NCBI GenBank assembly: GCA_964016885.1
Contig: OZ024752.1
Coordinates: 34,720,001-34,784,000 of the forward strand
DNA length: 64,000 nt
Direction: 5' to 3'
From: Eledone cirrhosa
Taxonomy: Eukaryota
Positions within the stretch are counted from its first letter, which is position 1; every line of letters begins with the position of its first letter. The translations under genes and the position numbers were made by a program. Positions 40,312-54,252 of the stretch are shown here, piece by piece. Below the pieces are notes generated by a model. That model saw nothing but the letters and a program-made list of their open reading frames with translations, did not search any database and was not told the DNA's origin.

Positions 40312-40313
<2 letters not shown>

Positions 40314-40513
40314 CGAAGGAAATGTGGTAAGGAACCAAGTGGACCATAACGCACCAAAGTACTCAATACTTAGGGTAGTAGAGTGGGTAATAGGAACGAG
40401 TAGGACCCCGACGGCTGAGCTCAAGCCGTTTCGGCGGCTAATTCTGGACTAAAATTTAAACCAGAATTAGCCGTCGAAACGGCTTGCGCTCAGCCGTCGG
40501 GGTCCTACTCGTT

Positions 40514-40518
<5 letters not shown>
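40312..40518. mobile_element. Family B foldback element (hammerhead 3' half in both arms)
   Basis: GAA-ACGGCT-TGAGCTC-AGCCGT-C-GGGGTCC; further copies at 45778-45851, 52929-53097 and 58833-59030, all next to (TA)n. Confidence 0.75.
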
Positions 40519-40580
<62 letters not shown>

Positions 40581-40582
<2 letters not shown>

Positions 40583-40928
40583 GATATTAACAAATGGAAA
40601 CTATATTTATAAAACCATATTTATTTCATTACACATATTTCAAGGACACCAAGTTAAATTATGGTGTGCTTTCAACAGTAATGGTTGCATTCTTTAAGGG
40701 TATGTCAATATTTATTTATAAAACTGCTCTATATTATATTTTATCTGATGAAAGCACACCATAATTTAACTTGGTGTCCTTGAAATATGTGTAATGAAAT
40801 AAATATGGTTTTATAAGTATAGTTTCCATTTGTTAATATCGTATTTTTAATCCAATTATTTGTTGAGTGCTTTATACCAGTTATAAAAATATTTGCTTGT
40901 TGTATCCCAACAATTTAAATAGAACTTT
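40581..40928. mobile_element. Family C foldback element
   Basis: Inverted arms about 40581-40674 and 40749-40843, flanked by (TA)n. Confidence 0.8.
40737..40801 (+). ncRNA. Type I hammerhead ribozyme
   Basis: TATTTTAT-CTGATGA-AAGCACACC..GGTGTCCTT-GAAA-TATGT-GTA-ATGAAATA; 8-bp stem I. Confidence 0.8.
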
Positions 40929-40960
<32 letters not shown>

Positions 40961-41145
40961 GTGCAAATTTATACGGGAACAAAACAGAGAGGCAGACAAA
41001 TAAAGGTTTAATAGGTTCACTCTTTTGAGAGTGGGGGTTGGTGGGGAACGACGTTTCGAGCATAAGCCCTTCTTCAGGAGTAAATAGGTTAGGACGAGAG
41101 TTCAGAGGGTGTGTGGAAATACATTTAGAAAAAAGGGGGAAGGAG

Positions 41146-41190
<45 letters not shown>

Positions 41191-41196
<6 letters not shown>

Positions 41197-41739
41197 GTTT
41201 GTATATGTATAATAAAACCAAAACAATGCAGGTATGGACATAGAATAAAGAATGCAAATGCAAAAGATATTGTTGACAATTAGTCTTTTACCTTAGATAT
41301 ATTTAAATGTCCTTAATTTTCAAGATAATATCTCTTCTTCGGAGGGAAGTAAAGCGGTTAAACCAGTGTTCTAAATAGCTTGCCAAGTCATGCTGACAGG
41401 AAATGGTATAGAATATATGTTCTATCTCTAATGTCTATCTCCCTTCTATCTCTAATGACATTAGAGATAGAACAGATACTCTATACCATTTCCTGTCAGC
41501 ATGACTTGGCAAGCTATTTAGAACACTGGTTTAACCGCTTTACTTCCCTCCGAAGAAGAGATATTATCTCGAAAATTAAGGACATTTAAATAAATCTAAG
41601 GTAAAAGACTAATTGTCAACAATATCTTTTGCATTTGCATTCTTTATTATATGTCCATACCTGCATTGTTTTGGCTTTATTATACATATACAAACGTTTA
41701 TACCTCATTACACAATGCTTCAAGTGAACTATAACCTCC

Positions 41740-41742
<3 letters not shown>
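41191..41742. mobile_element. Family H foldback, about 245-bp arms, variant minimal hammerhead in each arm
   Basis: Arms 41191-41435 and 41457-41702; CCT-CCGAAGA-A-GAGAT-ATT-ATCTC-GAAA-ATTA-AGG at 41547-41581 (+) and 41345-41311 (-). Confidence 0.75.
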
Positions 41743-42036
<294 letters not shown>

Positions 42037-42165
42037 CTGCAAAAAGTAAACAGGAATAACAAAACAAATGACACAGTGCAGTGAAAAAATATATTAGTTT
42101 TACGCTTGATACAGTAGCAAAATAATCTTGACGTTTCGAACGCTAGTCCTTCATCAGGAAATGTA
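42037..42165 (-). mobile_element. Family E end with minimal hammerhead
   Basis: Minus strand CTGATGA-A-GGAC-TAGC-GTTC-GAAAC-GTC at about 42157-42130. Confidence 0.7.
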
Positions 42166-42301
42166 TGCATACATACATACCAAGACACACACACATACAC
42201 ACAGACACACACACACACACACACATATACAGACAGATGTGAATATTATATGTACAGCCACACAAAAGCGTAGACAAAGCCAATATTTATGGAGCAGTAG
42301 T

Positions 42302-42384
<83 letters not shown>

Positions 42385-42460
42385 GAGAGAGAGAGTTACC
42401 TACATGGTTACATGTTTAAATAAAACTCGTTGAATATTTCAATAAATCTAATAATAAAAT

Positions 42461-42510
<50 letters not shown>

Positions 42511-42602
42511 TTAGGTCAATAGGAAGAAACATTGTAAGCCAATAAAAATCTTTTGATGTTGTAGACGCTCTTGTGTTCTTTTTCATATTATATATATATA
42601 TA

Positions 42603-42654
<52 letters not shown>

Positions 42655-42728
42655 TGTATATATATATATATATACTGTATATATACTGTATATATATATA
42701 TATATACTGTATATATACTGTATATATA

Positions 42729-42796
<68 letters not shown>

Positions 42797-42806
42797 TATA
42801 TATACA

Positions 42807-42852
<46 letters not shown>

Positions 42853-42888
42853 TATATATATATATATACAGTATATATACGTTATTCC

Positions 42889-43049
42889 GGGTTGAATCGG
42901 AGGTAACCACAGTAAGTAAGGTACTCAATACATAGCAGAGTATAAAAGTTTTAATATAGATGAGATTCTACAGGACTAGAACTGTTTCATTCATTAGAAA
43001 TTATCAGGATTTCTAATGAATGAAACAGTTCTAGTCCTGTAGAATCTCA

Positions 43050-43052
<3 letters not shown>
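42889..43052. mobile_element. Family A foldback element
   Basis: Same left end as 29829 and 30769; core mutated (CTGATAA). Confidence 0.8.
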
Positions 43053-43139
<87 letters not shown>

Positions 43140-43208
43140 TGTATATATACTGTATATATATATATATACTGTATATATACTGTATATATATATATATATA
43201 TACTGTAT

Positions 43209-43240
<32 letters not shown>

Positions 43241-43289
43241 CATATATATATACTCTATATATATATATATATACTGTATATATATATTG

Positions 43290-43335
<46 letters not shown>

Positions 43336-43440
43336 CAAAAGGTAAACAGGAACAACAAAACAAATGACGCAGTGCAGTGAAAAAATATATTACTTTTGTT
43401 AGGATCACCTCTATATATATATATACATATATATATATAC

Positions 43441-43471
<31 letters not shown>

Positions 43472-43474
43472 CTG

Positions 43475-43510
<36 letters not shown>

Positions 43511-43977
43511 GGTGATCCTAACAAAAGTATTATAACGACGCAGTGACAAAGGCGGGAAGAGCAACATCGACAACAGCAGGAAGCAGAACATAAATCATAG
43601 CAGCAAAGAAGAAAGAAATTATATACTGCAACAGCACATGAAAGCTTTTATTACGAAAGATTAAACCAGCCATCGATAATTCACCTGGAGCATTCTTCTC
43701 TGCAACCGTTTACCTGAAGCTGAACGAAATATGATATTAAATAACTCCATCCAGACGATTTGTTGGTCTTTATTTTCCGGTAAAATACATTTATCTAATG
43801 CTATTAAAGAACTTTACTTTACAGCTAGCATTATGTGCAGTTTGTTGGATGCTTTTTTTAGCTTTGTTCTTTTTTTTTTTGGCGGGGCGGTTGTTGTTGT
43901 TGTTGCTTGGGTATTTTATTTTTATGACATAATTTAAGTGAAAAGTGTGAATTCTTTTTTTGTCTGTTTTTTGTTTT

Positions 43978-44165
43978 TGGTGGATTGGCAGTATCGGTAG
44001 AAGGTCGGACGCCATGTTTTCCAGCATAGTTACGTCCCTTTACGATCTGAGTTCAAATCCCGCCGAGGTTGACTTTGCCTTTCATCCTTACGGGGTCGAT
44101 AAAATAAAGTACCAGTAATGCACTGGGTCATTGCTGGCCTTGTGCCTAAAGTAGAAACAATTATG
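43978..44165 (+). mobile_element. SINE flanked by a ~150-bp direct duplication
   Basis: 43831-43978 is repeated at 44161-44310. Confidence 0.85.
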
Positions 44166-44529
44166 TGCAGTTTTTTTTTTTTAGCTTTGTTCTTTTTTTT
44201 TTGGCGGGGTGGGGGGGGGGGGGTGCTTGGGTATTTTATTTTTATGACATAATTTAAGTGAAAAGTGTGAATTCTTGTTTCTGTTTTTGTTTGTTTGTTT
44301 GTTTTTTGTAGATCGCTATGGTATAAACTATGGTAAGGCCAGACTTTTGTCTGCTACTGGTACCATGTAATCCAGTGCAACCTGCTTCATGGTCGAATGG
44401 TCGGCGACTAAACCGGTTCTCCCCGCCAGACTCTGGTTTGTTGAAGAAGGTGAGTGGAACTACAGCAGTACAAAAAAATTAACTTCAAGAGCTGTTAAAT
44501 GGATGGATGAACTCCTCAGAGTCAACAGT

Positions 44530-45065
44530 CATCCACCCCAACTATGGGTTAAATAGCCTCACCAAACCGTAATTGGCCAAGTGTGGTGACTACGGCTACA
44601 TTCCTGAAGACATGACCAAAACCAAACAGAAAGTGGTGGAGGTCAACCAGGGAAGGGTTACTTAAACAGGAGTGGGAAAGCCCTGGATTGGATTGGATGG
44701 AGGTCAACCAGGGAAGGGCTCCTCCAACAGGAGTGTGAAGGCCCTGGATTAGATTGGATGGAGGTCAACCAGGGAAGGGCTCCTCCAACAGGAGTGTGAA
44801 GGCCCTGGATTAGATTGGATGGAGGTCAACCAGGGAGGGGCTCCTCCAACAAGAGTGAGAAGGCCCTGGATTGGGTTGGATGGAGGTCAACCAGGCAGGG
44901 GCTCCTCCAACAAGAGTGAGAAGGCCCTGGATTGGGTTGGATGGAGGTCAACCAGGGAAGGGTTCCTCCAACAGGAGTGGGAAAGCCCTGGATTGGGTTG
45001 GATGGAGGTCAACCAGGGAGGGGCTCCTCCAACAGGAGTGAGATGGCCCTGGATTGGATTGGATT
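44530..45065 (+). repeat. 61-bp minisatellite (about 7 copies) within the same dispersed repeat as 27140-28205
   Basis: AGGTCAACC at 44701 and 44762; shared flank TGGGTTAAATAGCCTCACCA...TTGGCCAAGTGTGGTGA. Confidence 0.85.
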
Positions 45066-45727
45066 GGATTGGATGGTATTTTTAAGAAAAGAATAACAGG
45101 AGGATATTGTCAAACTGGATCAAGGAAAACATGTTCTGAATGGTTTTTCCATTGCTGATAATATCTGTCAGTCAAAGATGCTAGCATAAGGGGACGGAAT
45201 TTGAACTTAACACCCACAGAACCGGATCAGATATCGGAAAGGACCCCGTCCGACAAGAAGAAGAAGAAGAAGAAGAAGAAGAAGAAGAAGAAGAAGAAGA
45301 AGAAGAAACTTGAAATATTATCCAACGTCAGTATGTTACATATAAAAATCAATTACATTCAGTCTGCTGTAGTAAAGAAAGGAGCACAGATGTCTACAAA
45401 ACACTCCCAGTCAATACATATTAAATACTAAAACCCCAGCAATAATCACTAACAAAATCTCTTATGATATTCCTTCCATATCTGAATTACTAATATGAAA
45501 TGTGCAGATGTTTCCAAAGTAAAGGATTAAGTAAGATAAATATAAATATTTCCCAATCCATTTTCTTTGAAAATTGAAATAAATTTAAAATATTATTTAC
45601 TCTCTTTGTCTCCTTGTCGTCTGCTTAAACAAACTATATTAAAATATATAAACACGAAACATTTGCAACATTTAAAATCTGTTTTATCGAACAATGAATA
45701 TGAAAATGCATAAGTCCACATAAAATG

Positions 45728-45779
<52 letters not shown>

Positions 45780-45847
45780 CGAAGGAAATGTGGTAAGGAA
45801 TTAGCCGTCGAAACGGCTTGAGCTCAGCCGTCGGGGTCCTACTCGTT

Positions 45848-45887
<40 letters not shown>

Positions 45888-45889
45888 TA

Positions 45890-46097
45890 TACTATAGGCA
45901 CAAGGCCACCAATTTGGGGAAGGGGAAAGTCGATTGAATCGACCCAGTGCATTACTGGTACTTTATTTTACCGACCTCGTAAGGATGAAAGGCAAAGTTA
46001 ACGTCGGCAGAATTTGAACTCAGACCGTAAAGAGCCGTAACTCTATGCTACAAAGCATGGTGTGTGAGGTTCTACCGATTCTGCCAATCCGCCCCGC
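45890..46097 (-). mobile_element. tRNA-derived SINE (older subfamily)
   Basis: Reverse-complement copy with a longer 3' segment. Confidence 0.8.
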
Positions 46098-46489
46098 ATA
46101 TATATATATATATATATTCACACACACATACATACATATATACATACATATATGTATGTATATGGATGGTAAGAATCGATCTTATAACAACTTTACTCTC
46201 GGATCTTCTTATGTCATTGCGCCTTTATAATCGTACAGACACCTATAATGTGAATACATTTGTCTAGACAAGTTCTTACTCTCTTGAATTATATGTATGT
46301 ATGTGTGTATGTGTGTGTGTGTGTGGAGGTGGTGATGGTTTTGGTGGTAGAGATTTCACTGTTCGATAGTGAATAATTTTCTAGTATTTTATCAGCAAAG
46401 ATCGGGACTGGCAAATCACTATGTGAGATATCCTGAAGTAAATGTCCCTAAATCTAGTGATATGATATCTAATCATAGACATATTCTCC

Positions 46490-46590
46490 ATGGCAGTTTG
46501 TTATTCGTAGGTCACTATGTGAGACATCCTGAAGATAGAGCCCCAAATCAAGTGTTATGGCAGCCAACACATGGGCGGATTAAGGGATTA
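46490..46590 (+). mobile_element. Old RTE 3' remnant
   Basis: LLFVGHYVRHPEDRAPNQVLWQPTHG resembles the 60075 copy. Confidence 0.5.
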
Positions 46591-46888
46591 ACTGCAGGAG
46601 AAACCCCACTAACTTGATTGACAAACTTCAAAACTATACAGAATTGAAACCAGTATGGGACATACGAACAGTGATGGTGACTCGAAACATCTGTTAAGAA
46701 TATGTTTCCTCTGTTGAATTGAGAAATCGGCCGAGATGAGATGTAACAACTAATGATAGTATGTACTGAAGTCTGGTGAATTGAGAATAGATAAACTGGG
46801 GAACAAAATGCTTTGTAGTGTCTACTTACGTTCCTTTACAAATTGAGTTCGAATCCTGCGTCGGTCTACTTTGCCAGACAGATAGATA

Positions 46889-47193
46889 TGTTTCTTTTAT
46901 TTGCCACCAGGGCATCAAAAGTGGGACAAGTACAAAGGGGGGAGTTTACAAAACAAGGCGTCCTCAATAAGGAGGAGGCAATAACAAAATATAAAAATAA
47001 AATAAAATATAACAGAATAGAATTTATAACAAAATCCTCAATAGAGAGGAGGCACCTTGGGGGGTCGCACACAGCCCCGAAAAAAAGTGTGCAACCCTTT
47101 TCCTCGGGAGCACAGGAAGGGGTGCTCCCTTGGTCTTTCATCTTCCTCACCTATAGTCTGATGTAGAGTGATGGCCCATTCACACAGGCCATT
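46889..47193 (-). mobile_element. Tx1 3' end with 20-bp target-site duplication at a GATA repeat
   Basis: CTTTGCCAGACAGATAGATA at 46869-46888 and 47194-47213. Confidence 0.88.
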
Positions 47194-47308
47194 CTTTGCC
47201 AGACAGATAGATAGATAGATAGATAGATACATAGATGTGAATATTATATGTACAGCCACACAAAAGCATAGACAAAGCCCATATTTATAGACGAGTAATG
47301 GGAGAGAG

Positions 47309-47383
<75 letters not shown>

Positions 47384-47434
47384 TAGAGAGAAAGTTACCT
47401 ATTTGTTTACATGTTCAAATACAACTCTAAAAAT

Positions 47435-47620
47435 AATTGTTTCTACTTTAGGCACAAGGCCAGCAATTACCCAGTGCATTACTGGTACTTTATTTTATCG
47501 ACCCCGTAAGGATGAACGGCAAAGTCAACCTCGGCGGGATTTGAACTCAGATCGTTAAGGGGCGTAACTATGCTGGAAAGCATGGCATCCGACCCTCTAC
47601 CGATACTGCCAATCCGCCTT
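47435..47620 (-). mobile_element. tRNA-derived SINE
   Basis: Full reverse-complement copy. Confidence 0.9.
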
Positions 47621-47959
47621 ATAATAATAATAATAATAACAATAATAATAATATATATATATACACAGTTCAAGAGTAACCAATCTTAAAGAGAGAGATG
47701 GAGATAGGAGAGGAGATAGGAGAGGAGAAGAGAGATTGGTGAATTAGTTAGAAGCCAAAGCGTAAAGGCATGTGCTCAATGTGCAATATGCAGTGGAAGG
47801 CAGCTAGGCAGATCTCACACAATGCAGTCTCGACAGAAGAATACTGCTCGATTATGGCAGACAATGGATATACCCAGGACACCATAGTGAAATACCAATA
47901 TATGGAACATTACATTCATGTAACATTCTTTCCTTATTTTAATTTATATTCCTTTTGAA

Positions 47960-48078
47960 GTTCCGATGAGCTGCTCTAATTGTACCTAAGTTAATTATTT
48001 TCAACTGAACCAGATCAATAATGATCTATAATCATTTGATCCAGAAACATTATATGGAGTAACGAAACAATTGTAAAC
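47960..48078 (+). ncRNA. Variant hammerhead with long stem II insertion
   Basis: GTT-CCGATGA-GCTGCTCTA...TGGAGTAAC-GAA-ACAATTGT-A-AAC; palindromic stem III, GUA site. Confidence 0.6.
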
Positions 48079-48104
48079 GGACATTATTATTATTAATAGG
48101 GGGG

Positions 48105-48290
48105 TAGTGGATTGGCAGTATCGGTAGAGGGTCGGACACCATGCTTTCCAGCATAGTTACGTCCCTTTACGATCTGAGTTCAAATCCCGCCGAGGTTGAC
48201 TTTGCCTTTCATCCTTACGGGGTCGATAAAATAAAGTAGCAGTAATGAACTGGTGATTGCTGGCCTTGTGCCTAAAGTAGAAACAATTAT
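48105..48290 (+). mobile_element. tRNA-derived SINE
   Basis: Full copy with (ATT)n tail. Confidence 0.9.
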
Positions 48291-48407
48291 TATTATTAAT
48301 ATTATTATTATTATTCTCTACATTCCTTACATAAAACTAAATCTATGTTAACAATCTTTTAATAATGTCTTCCTTGTGAAATTTGTGGTCTTGTTTTGCT
48401 TAACTAA

Positions 48408-48598
<191 letters not shown>

Positions 48599-48829
48599 GA
48601 TACCAATAAAAGTATTCTAAGGATACAACAATGTGTGTACTGAAGACTGATGAATTCAGAATGGATAAACTGGTGAACAAAATGCTTTACAAATTGAGTT
48701 CGAATCCTGCGTCGGCCTAATTTTGTCTTTCATCCTCCTGGAGAGGATTACATATGACCCAGTCAATATAATCGACCGTATCCTCCAATAAAATTTGTTA
48801 AACATATATTTTGAAATAGTTTAAAGTAT

Positions 48830-49014
48830 TGTTTCTACTTTAGGCACAAGGCCAGCAATTACCCAGTGCATTACTGGTACTTTATTATATCGACCCCGTA
48901 AGGATGAAAGGCAAAGTTAATCTCGGCGGGATTTGAACTCAGATCGTAAAGGGACGTAACTATGCTGGAAAGCATGGCGTCCGACCCTCTACCGATACTG
49001 CCAATTCACCGCCC
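48830..49014 (-). mobile_element. SINE with 18-bp target-site duplication
   Basis: TGAAATAGTTTAAAGTAT at 48812-48829 and 49015-49032. Confidence 0.9.
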
Positions 49015-49095
49015 TGAAATAGTTTAAAGTATACAATGTTTATAGGCAGCGAATTGTCAGTCGTTAAAACACTCGATAAAATGCTTTGAAGTATT

Positions 49096-49880
49096 CGTTC
49101 CGGCTCTCTGCGTTCCGGCTCTCTGCGCTCCGGCTCTCTGCGCTCCGGCTCTCTGCGTTCCGGCTCTCTGCGCTCCGGCTCTCTGCGTTCCGGCTCTCTG
49201 CGTTCCGGCTCTCTGCGCTCCGGCTCTCTGCGTTCCGGCTCTCTGCGTTCCGGCTTTCTGCGCTCCGGCTCTCTGCGTTCCGGCTCTCTGCGTTCCGGCT
49301 CTCTGCGCTCCGGCTCTCTGCGTTCCGGCTCTCTGCGCTCCGGCTCTCTGCGCTCCGGCTCTCTGCGTTCCGGCCCTCTGCGCTCCGGCTCTCTGCGCTC
49401 CGGCTCTCTCCGCTCCGGCTCTCTGCGTTCCGGCTCTCTGCGCTCCGGCTCTCTGCGTTCCGGCTCTCTGCGTTCCGGCTTTCTGCGCTCCGGCTCTCTG
49501 CGCTCCGGCTCTCTGCGCTCCGGCTCTCTGCGTTCCGGCCCTCTGCGCTCCGGCTCTCTGCGCTCCGGCTCTCTCCGCTCCGGCTCTCTGCGCTCCGGCT
49601 CTCTGCGCTCCGGCTCTCTCCGCTCCGGCTCTCTCCGCTCCGGCTCTCTGCGTTCCGGCTCTCTGCGCTCCGGCTCTCTGCGCTCCGGCTCTCTGCGTTC
49701 CGGCTCTCTGCGCTCCGGCTCTCTGCGTTCCGGCTCTCTGCGCTCCGGCTCTCTGCGTTCCGGCTCTCTGCGCTCCGGCTCTCTGCGCTCCGGCTCTCTG
49801 CGCTCCGGCTCTCTGCGCTCCGGCTCTCTGCGTTCCGGCTCTCTGCGCTCCGGCTCTCTGCGTTCCGGCTCTCTGCGCTC
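49096..49880. repeat. 15-bp minisatellite (CGYTCCGGCTCTCTG, about 52 copies) expanded inside a SINE head
   Basis: SINE 5' part at 49045-49095; B box and GCCTTTCATCC continue at 49881-49955. Confidence 0.92.
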
Positions 49881-50021
49881 TGGGTTCACATTTTGCTGAG
49901 GTCAACTTTGCCTTTCATCCTTTTGAGGTCGATGAACAATGCCTCAATTCAGTACTGAACCCGATTCTTCTTGTATATCCATCTGTTTCCCTCTGTCCCA
50001 TTCGCGGAGATTGGCTGGAGT

Positions 50022-50181
50022 GAGGGCCGTCTTAACGCAAGGGCACGTTGGGCAGTTGCCCGGGGGCCCCCACGATTATAGGCGGCCCATTTGTATTTTT
50101 ATTCCTGTGAGTGGTTGTGTAGGTAGGGGCCCCAGTGCTCTGCTTTGCCCCGGGGCTTATAATGCTGTTAAGACGGTCCTA
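50022..50181. mobile_element. hAT-type MITE
   Basis: Terminal inverted repeats AGGGCCGTCTTAAC / GTTAAGACGGTCCT; 8-bp flanks GCTGGAGT / GCTGGAGA. Confidence 0.8.
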
Positions 50182-50379
50182 GCTGGAGATGGGCTCCAAT
50201 AGGTTTAAATGCGTTCTTATGGCCCAATCAGGTGGATATAATATTTAAAATAACGTTCGTTCGGAGTGTAAGTCAGACAGCTGTATCAGTAGAATGCCGG
50301 ACTAAATGAATTTAAGTTTTAATCTTAGCGTATTTACTTCTCATGCTGTACACCTACTCTGTTAAATAAGTACAAATAA

Positions 50380-50495
50380 CTGTTTCTACTTTTGGCACAA
50401 GGCCAGCAATTATCCCAGTGTATAACTGGTGCTTTATTTTATCGACCCCGTAAGGATGAAAGGCAAAGTTAACCTCGGCGGGATTTGAACTCAGT
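50380..50495 (-). mobile_element. 5'-truncated SINE with 17-bp target-site duplication
   Basis: AAATAAGTACAAATAAC on both sides. Confidence 0.85.
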
Positions 50496-50749
50496 ACAAA
50501 TAAGTACAAATAACACACTTATATATATTTTGATTTTCATTCTTGCTGTACCACACATGGATGGGGTGGAGGGCACCGTTGGACTGTTTCATTAGCAAAT
50601 CTGTTGGTTCTATGAGAAGTGGTTGTTAACTTCTTGTTCAACCTTTCTCCAGTTTTGAAGAAAGAAAAATACGGACGCTGTGATTGGTTGGTTACGACCT
50701 CTTTCTCGGCATAACGTAGACGACACTAAGAGAGAAACGGCGGGGGGGG

Positions 50750-50750
<1 letters not shown>

Positions 50751-50815
<65 letters not shown>

Positions 50816-50894
50816 AACAAGGAAGAAAGAAAGAAGGAAGGAAGGAAAGAAAGACATGAAGAAGGAAGGAAAGAAAGACATAAAGAAGGAAGGA

Positions 50895-50954
<60 letters not shown>

Positions 50955-51012
50955 AAAGGGAAGAAAGAAGGAAAGAAAGAAAGAAGGGAAAAAAGAAAGA
51001 AAGAAAGACAAG
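50751..51012. repeat. (GAAA)n microsatellite
   Basis: Tetranucleotide tract. Confidence 0.9.
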
Positions 51013-51296
51013 AATCGGCGTCAGTAGTTTTAATGATATTTGACGGCTATGGAAATATAAAGAGTAAAGTTGACGTGGACAGGATTTGAACTCTGTATAG
51101 AAAACCGGAACAAATAGAGCAAGGTTTTTTTTTTAGCCGATATTCTAACATCTTCGCCATTTCGTTGTCTCCCGTATATAAAAGGCTAAAGTAAGTCAAC
51201 TGTACGTATTCTCAGCAAGTACTTGTGTCTTGTGTCAGTTTAAAAAACAAAATATCATTAAAATAGTTGGATATAGTGAAAGCAAAAATACCACAG

Positions 51297-51357
<61 letters not shown>

Positions 51358-51517
51358 TTGTGTTGTTATTTCTGTTTACCTTTTATAAGTGAAACTATTG
51401 GGTCGTCAAGTATGAAATTTGTAGAAATTTGTAGAAGAAAAACAAATTTCTACAAATCTCATACTTGACAACCCAATAATAAAACTTTTTCTACCTCTCT
51501 TTGTTGTCTTCTTAAAC

Positions 51518-51556
<39 letters not shown>

Positions 51557-51609
51557 ACATATATATATATATGTTTGGCTATTTTAGTTTTATACACACA
51601 CACACACAT

Positions 51610-51683
<74 letters not shown>

Positions 51684-52139
51684 GAGTAAGAAAGTTAAAA
51701 ACCTACAAATTGCCTAATAGAAGAACATAAGACATTTCTAAAAGTTTTCAAGTCCGCCACGTTTTCTTACTTCTGAAATATGTCAACCTATGCTGTGAGT
51801 TTTTTTTTTTTTAAATGTATACATTTTTAAAGAGCTGTCAGATTCCGACGTCATTTTGATGTTTTACCTTAAAGAGATAAATGAATAGGAAAACTGTCGT
51901 GAATTTATAATAACCAATTCACTAAATTGATTTGTGCCTTTATTTAATGAATTTCACATTGAATTTCTGTAGTTACTGTTTAAGTCCTGGCTTGGACATC
52001 GCTAGAAAAGGAGTCCTAACGGACGCCATATTGACATACGACGTTTCTTGGGCATTTTTTTAAAACATGGCGGAGCCCATCTCATTTCCAAGTCAAAGTA
52101 CAGCAGATTTCTTCCAGAGAAGGATAGAAAGTGAGAGAA

Positions 52140-52229
<90 letters not shown>

Positions 52230-52804
52230 GGTATAGAGGAAGAACCGACTCCAGTACTAGACTGGTACTTTTTTATCAACCCTGATTGGACGAAAGGCAA
52301 AGCTAATCTCGACGGGATTTAAACTCAGGGAACAGCAGAGTGTTGAAACAAATAACTGTTTCTACGTTAGGCACAAGGCCAGCAATTACCCAGTGTATTA
52401 CTGCTACTTTATTTTATCGACCCCGTAAGGATGAAAAGCAAAGTTAACACAAAGCATTCTATCTGACGCTCAAATGGCTGTAAAGACAAATAAATACTTT
52501 TTAAAAGGTGGGGGATGAATAACAAAAGAAAAGTAAAAGAGGAAACTTCCAGTACAAACTGTAGTAGGACGAACCTAGAGGTCAAAGGTTGAAAAACTAA
52601 GTTTAGTCAATATTTTCTTGTAATAATGTTATCTTTCTTTGCGTGTCATTTAATTTGAAGGAGAAAAATTATTCAAATTCCACAGTTGAATTATCAGAAA
52701 AGTCTGTTCTTTGGTAAAAGTGTCAGTCAACTATAATTAAGTATGGTATGTATATATATATCGTATGTATATATATATGGTATGTATATGTATGTGTATA
52801 CATA

Positions 52805-52874
<70 letters not shown>

Positions 52875-53094
52875 TGTATATATATATACATATATATATA
52901 CAAAGAAGTTTCCTATATATATATATATAACAAAGAAAGTGTGGTAAGGAACCAGGTGGACCATAATGCACCAGGGTACTCGATACTTAGGGTAGTAGAG
53001 TGGGTAATAGAAAAAGAATCGGAACCCGACGGCTGAGCTCCGGCCTTTCGTTCGGATCTAGCTGTCGAAACGGCCGGAACTCAGCCGCCGGGGT

Positions 53095-53893
53095 CTCACT
53101 TTTCGTTGCTTCACCATCTTTGTTTGTTTACACTCTCGCTGTTCCCTTTATTTACGTGTCCCAACGACTTTCTTTAGTCGTTGCTCGCACCAACCGGAGG
53201 TATATGGTCTTTAAAGCGAAGAAATACCGATGATGGTTGGAAGATCACTGATGAAGGACCACTTTATTCATATGTATCCCATTTGCAACCACGCAGCACG
53301 TTTATTCTCATATTTACACATATTTTTTTCTCCGCTGTGACCCGTCTATTTCGTTCTTACTGCTTCCTCTTTCTCTGTATCTTTACCCTCTCTAACAGTC
53401 ACACTCTCTCTGTTAGCCTCTTCCTCACCCTTCACTCACTCACTCTCTGTTACTACCTCTCCTCCTCCTCCTCCTTCTTACCGTTTGACCTGTGCGTAAT
53501 TCTTTTCTTTCGCACGCTTGGCCAGGCCGGTCGGCATTTTTTCTCTCTCTCGTCTACGATTTCACAGAACTTATGTTCACCGAATTCACAGACTAGATTC
53601 CTTCTTCCTCCCGTTAGACCTGTACGGAATTCCTTCCTTGCTCACATTCCAACCAGGTTTGATGGTCTTTATTCTCTCTCGTTCACGATTTCACCGAACT
53701 TATATTCATGGAAATTTTTGGACTTGACTCGCTCTTCCTCACTTTTCGTTGCTTCACCATCTTGTTGTTCCCTTTATTTACATGTCCCAACGACTTTCTT
53801 TAGCCGTTGCTCGCACCAACCAGAGGTATATGGTCTTTAAAGCGAAGAAATACCGATGATGGTTGAAAGATCACTGATGAAGGACCACTTTAT
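53095..53893. repeat. ~165-bp direct repeats (53095-53268, 53738-53893) around a pyrimidine-rich spacer
   Basis: Both repeats end CCGATGATGGTTG.AAGATCACTGATGAAGGACCACTTTATT. Confidence 0.8.
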
Positions 53894-54078
53894 TGATATA
53901 TATATATAATCTTCCTTTATCGATTTTATATCGTATGGTTGATTGTAGACTTGTTCTATATGTGACGGTATTTTAACGATAGTTATACCTCTGATTCATC
54001 TGAATTATTGAGCCCTCTGCCGCTCATGTCGAATCTCGTTTATCGTGAACTCGTGCGCCGTTTTTTCGATACTCGATC

Positions 54079-54116
<38 letters not shown>

Positions 54117-54252
54117 TGTATATATTTAAGGTTAAATAAGGTTCAATGAATAAATCAGAGAATGAGTTTTACAATAGATTGGAAGCACTCAAACAGACTA
54201 CCATGACTGAATCTTAACCATCTACTATGTCAGGGTATGTCATGCATCATCT

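Noticed and set aside
48640-48670. CTGAAGA and CTGATGA motifs
   Set aside because: No GAAA or NUH in register; part of a SINE-like repeat
48960-49958. (ERREP)n, (AQRAG)n and (RLSAL)n ORFs
   Set aside because: Translations of a 15-bp tandem repeat inside a SINE
51387-51478. ~40-bp-arm inverted repeat near microsatellites
   Set aside because: Probably another foldback end, but no hammerhead or 3' stem-loop is visible, so it was not assigned
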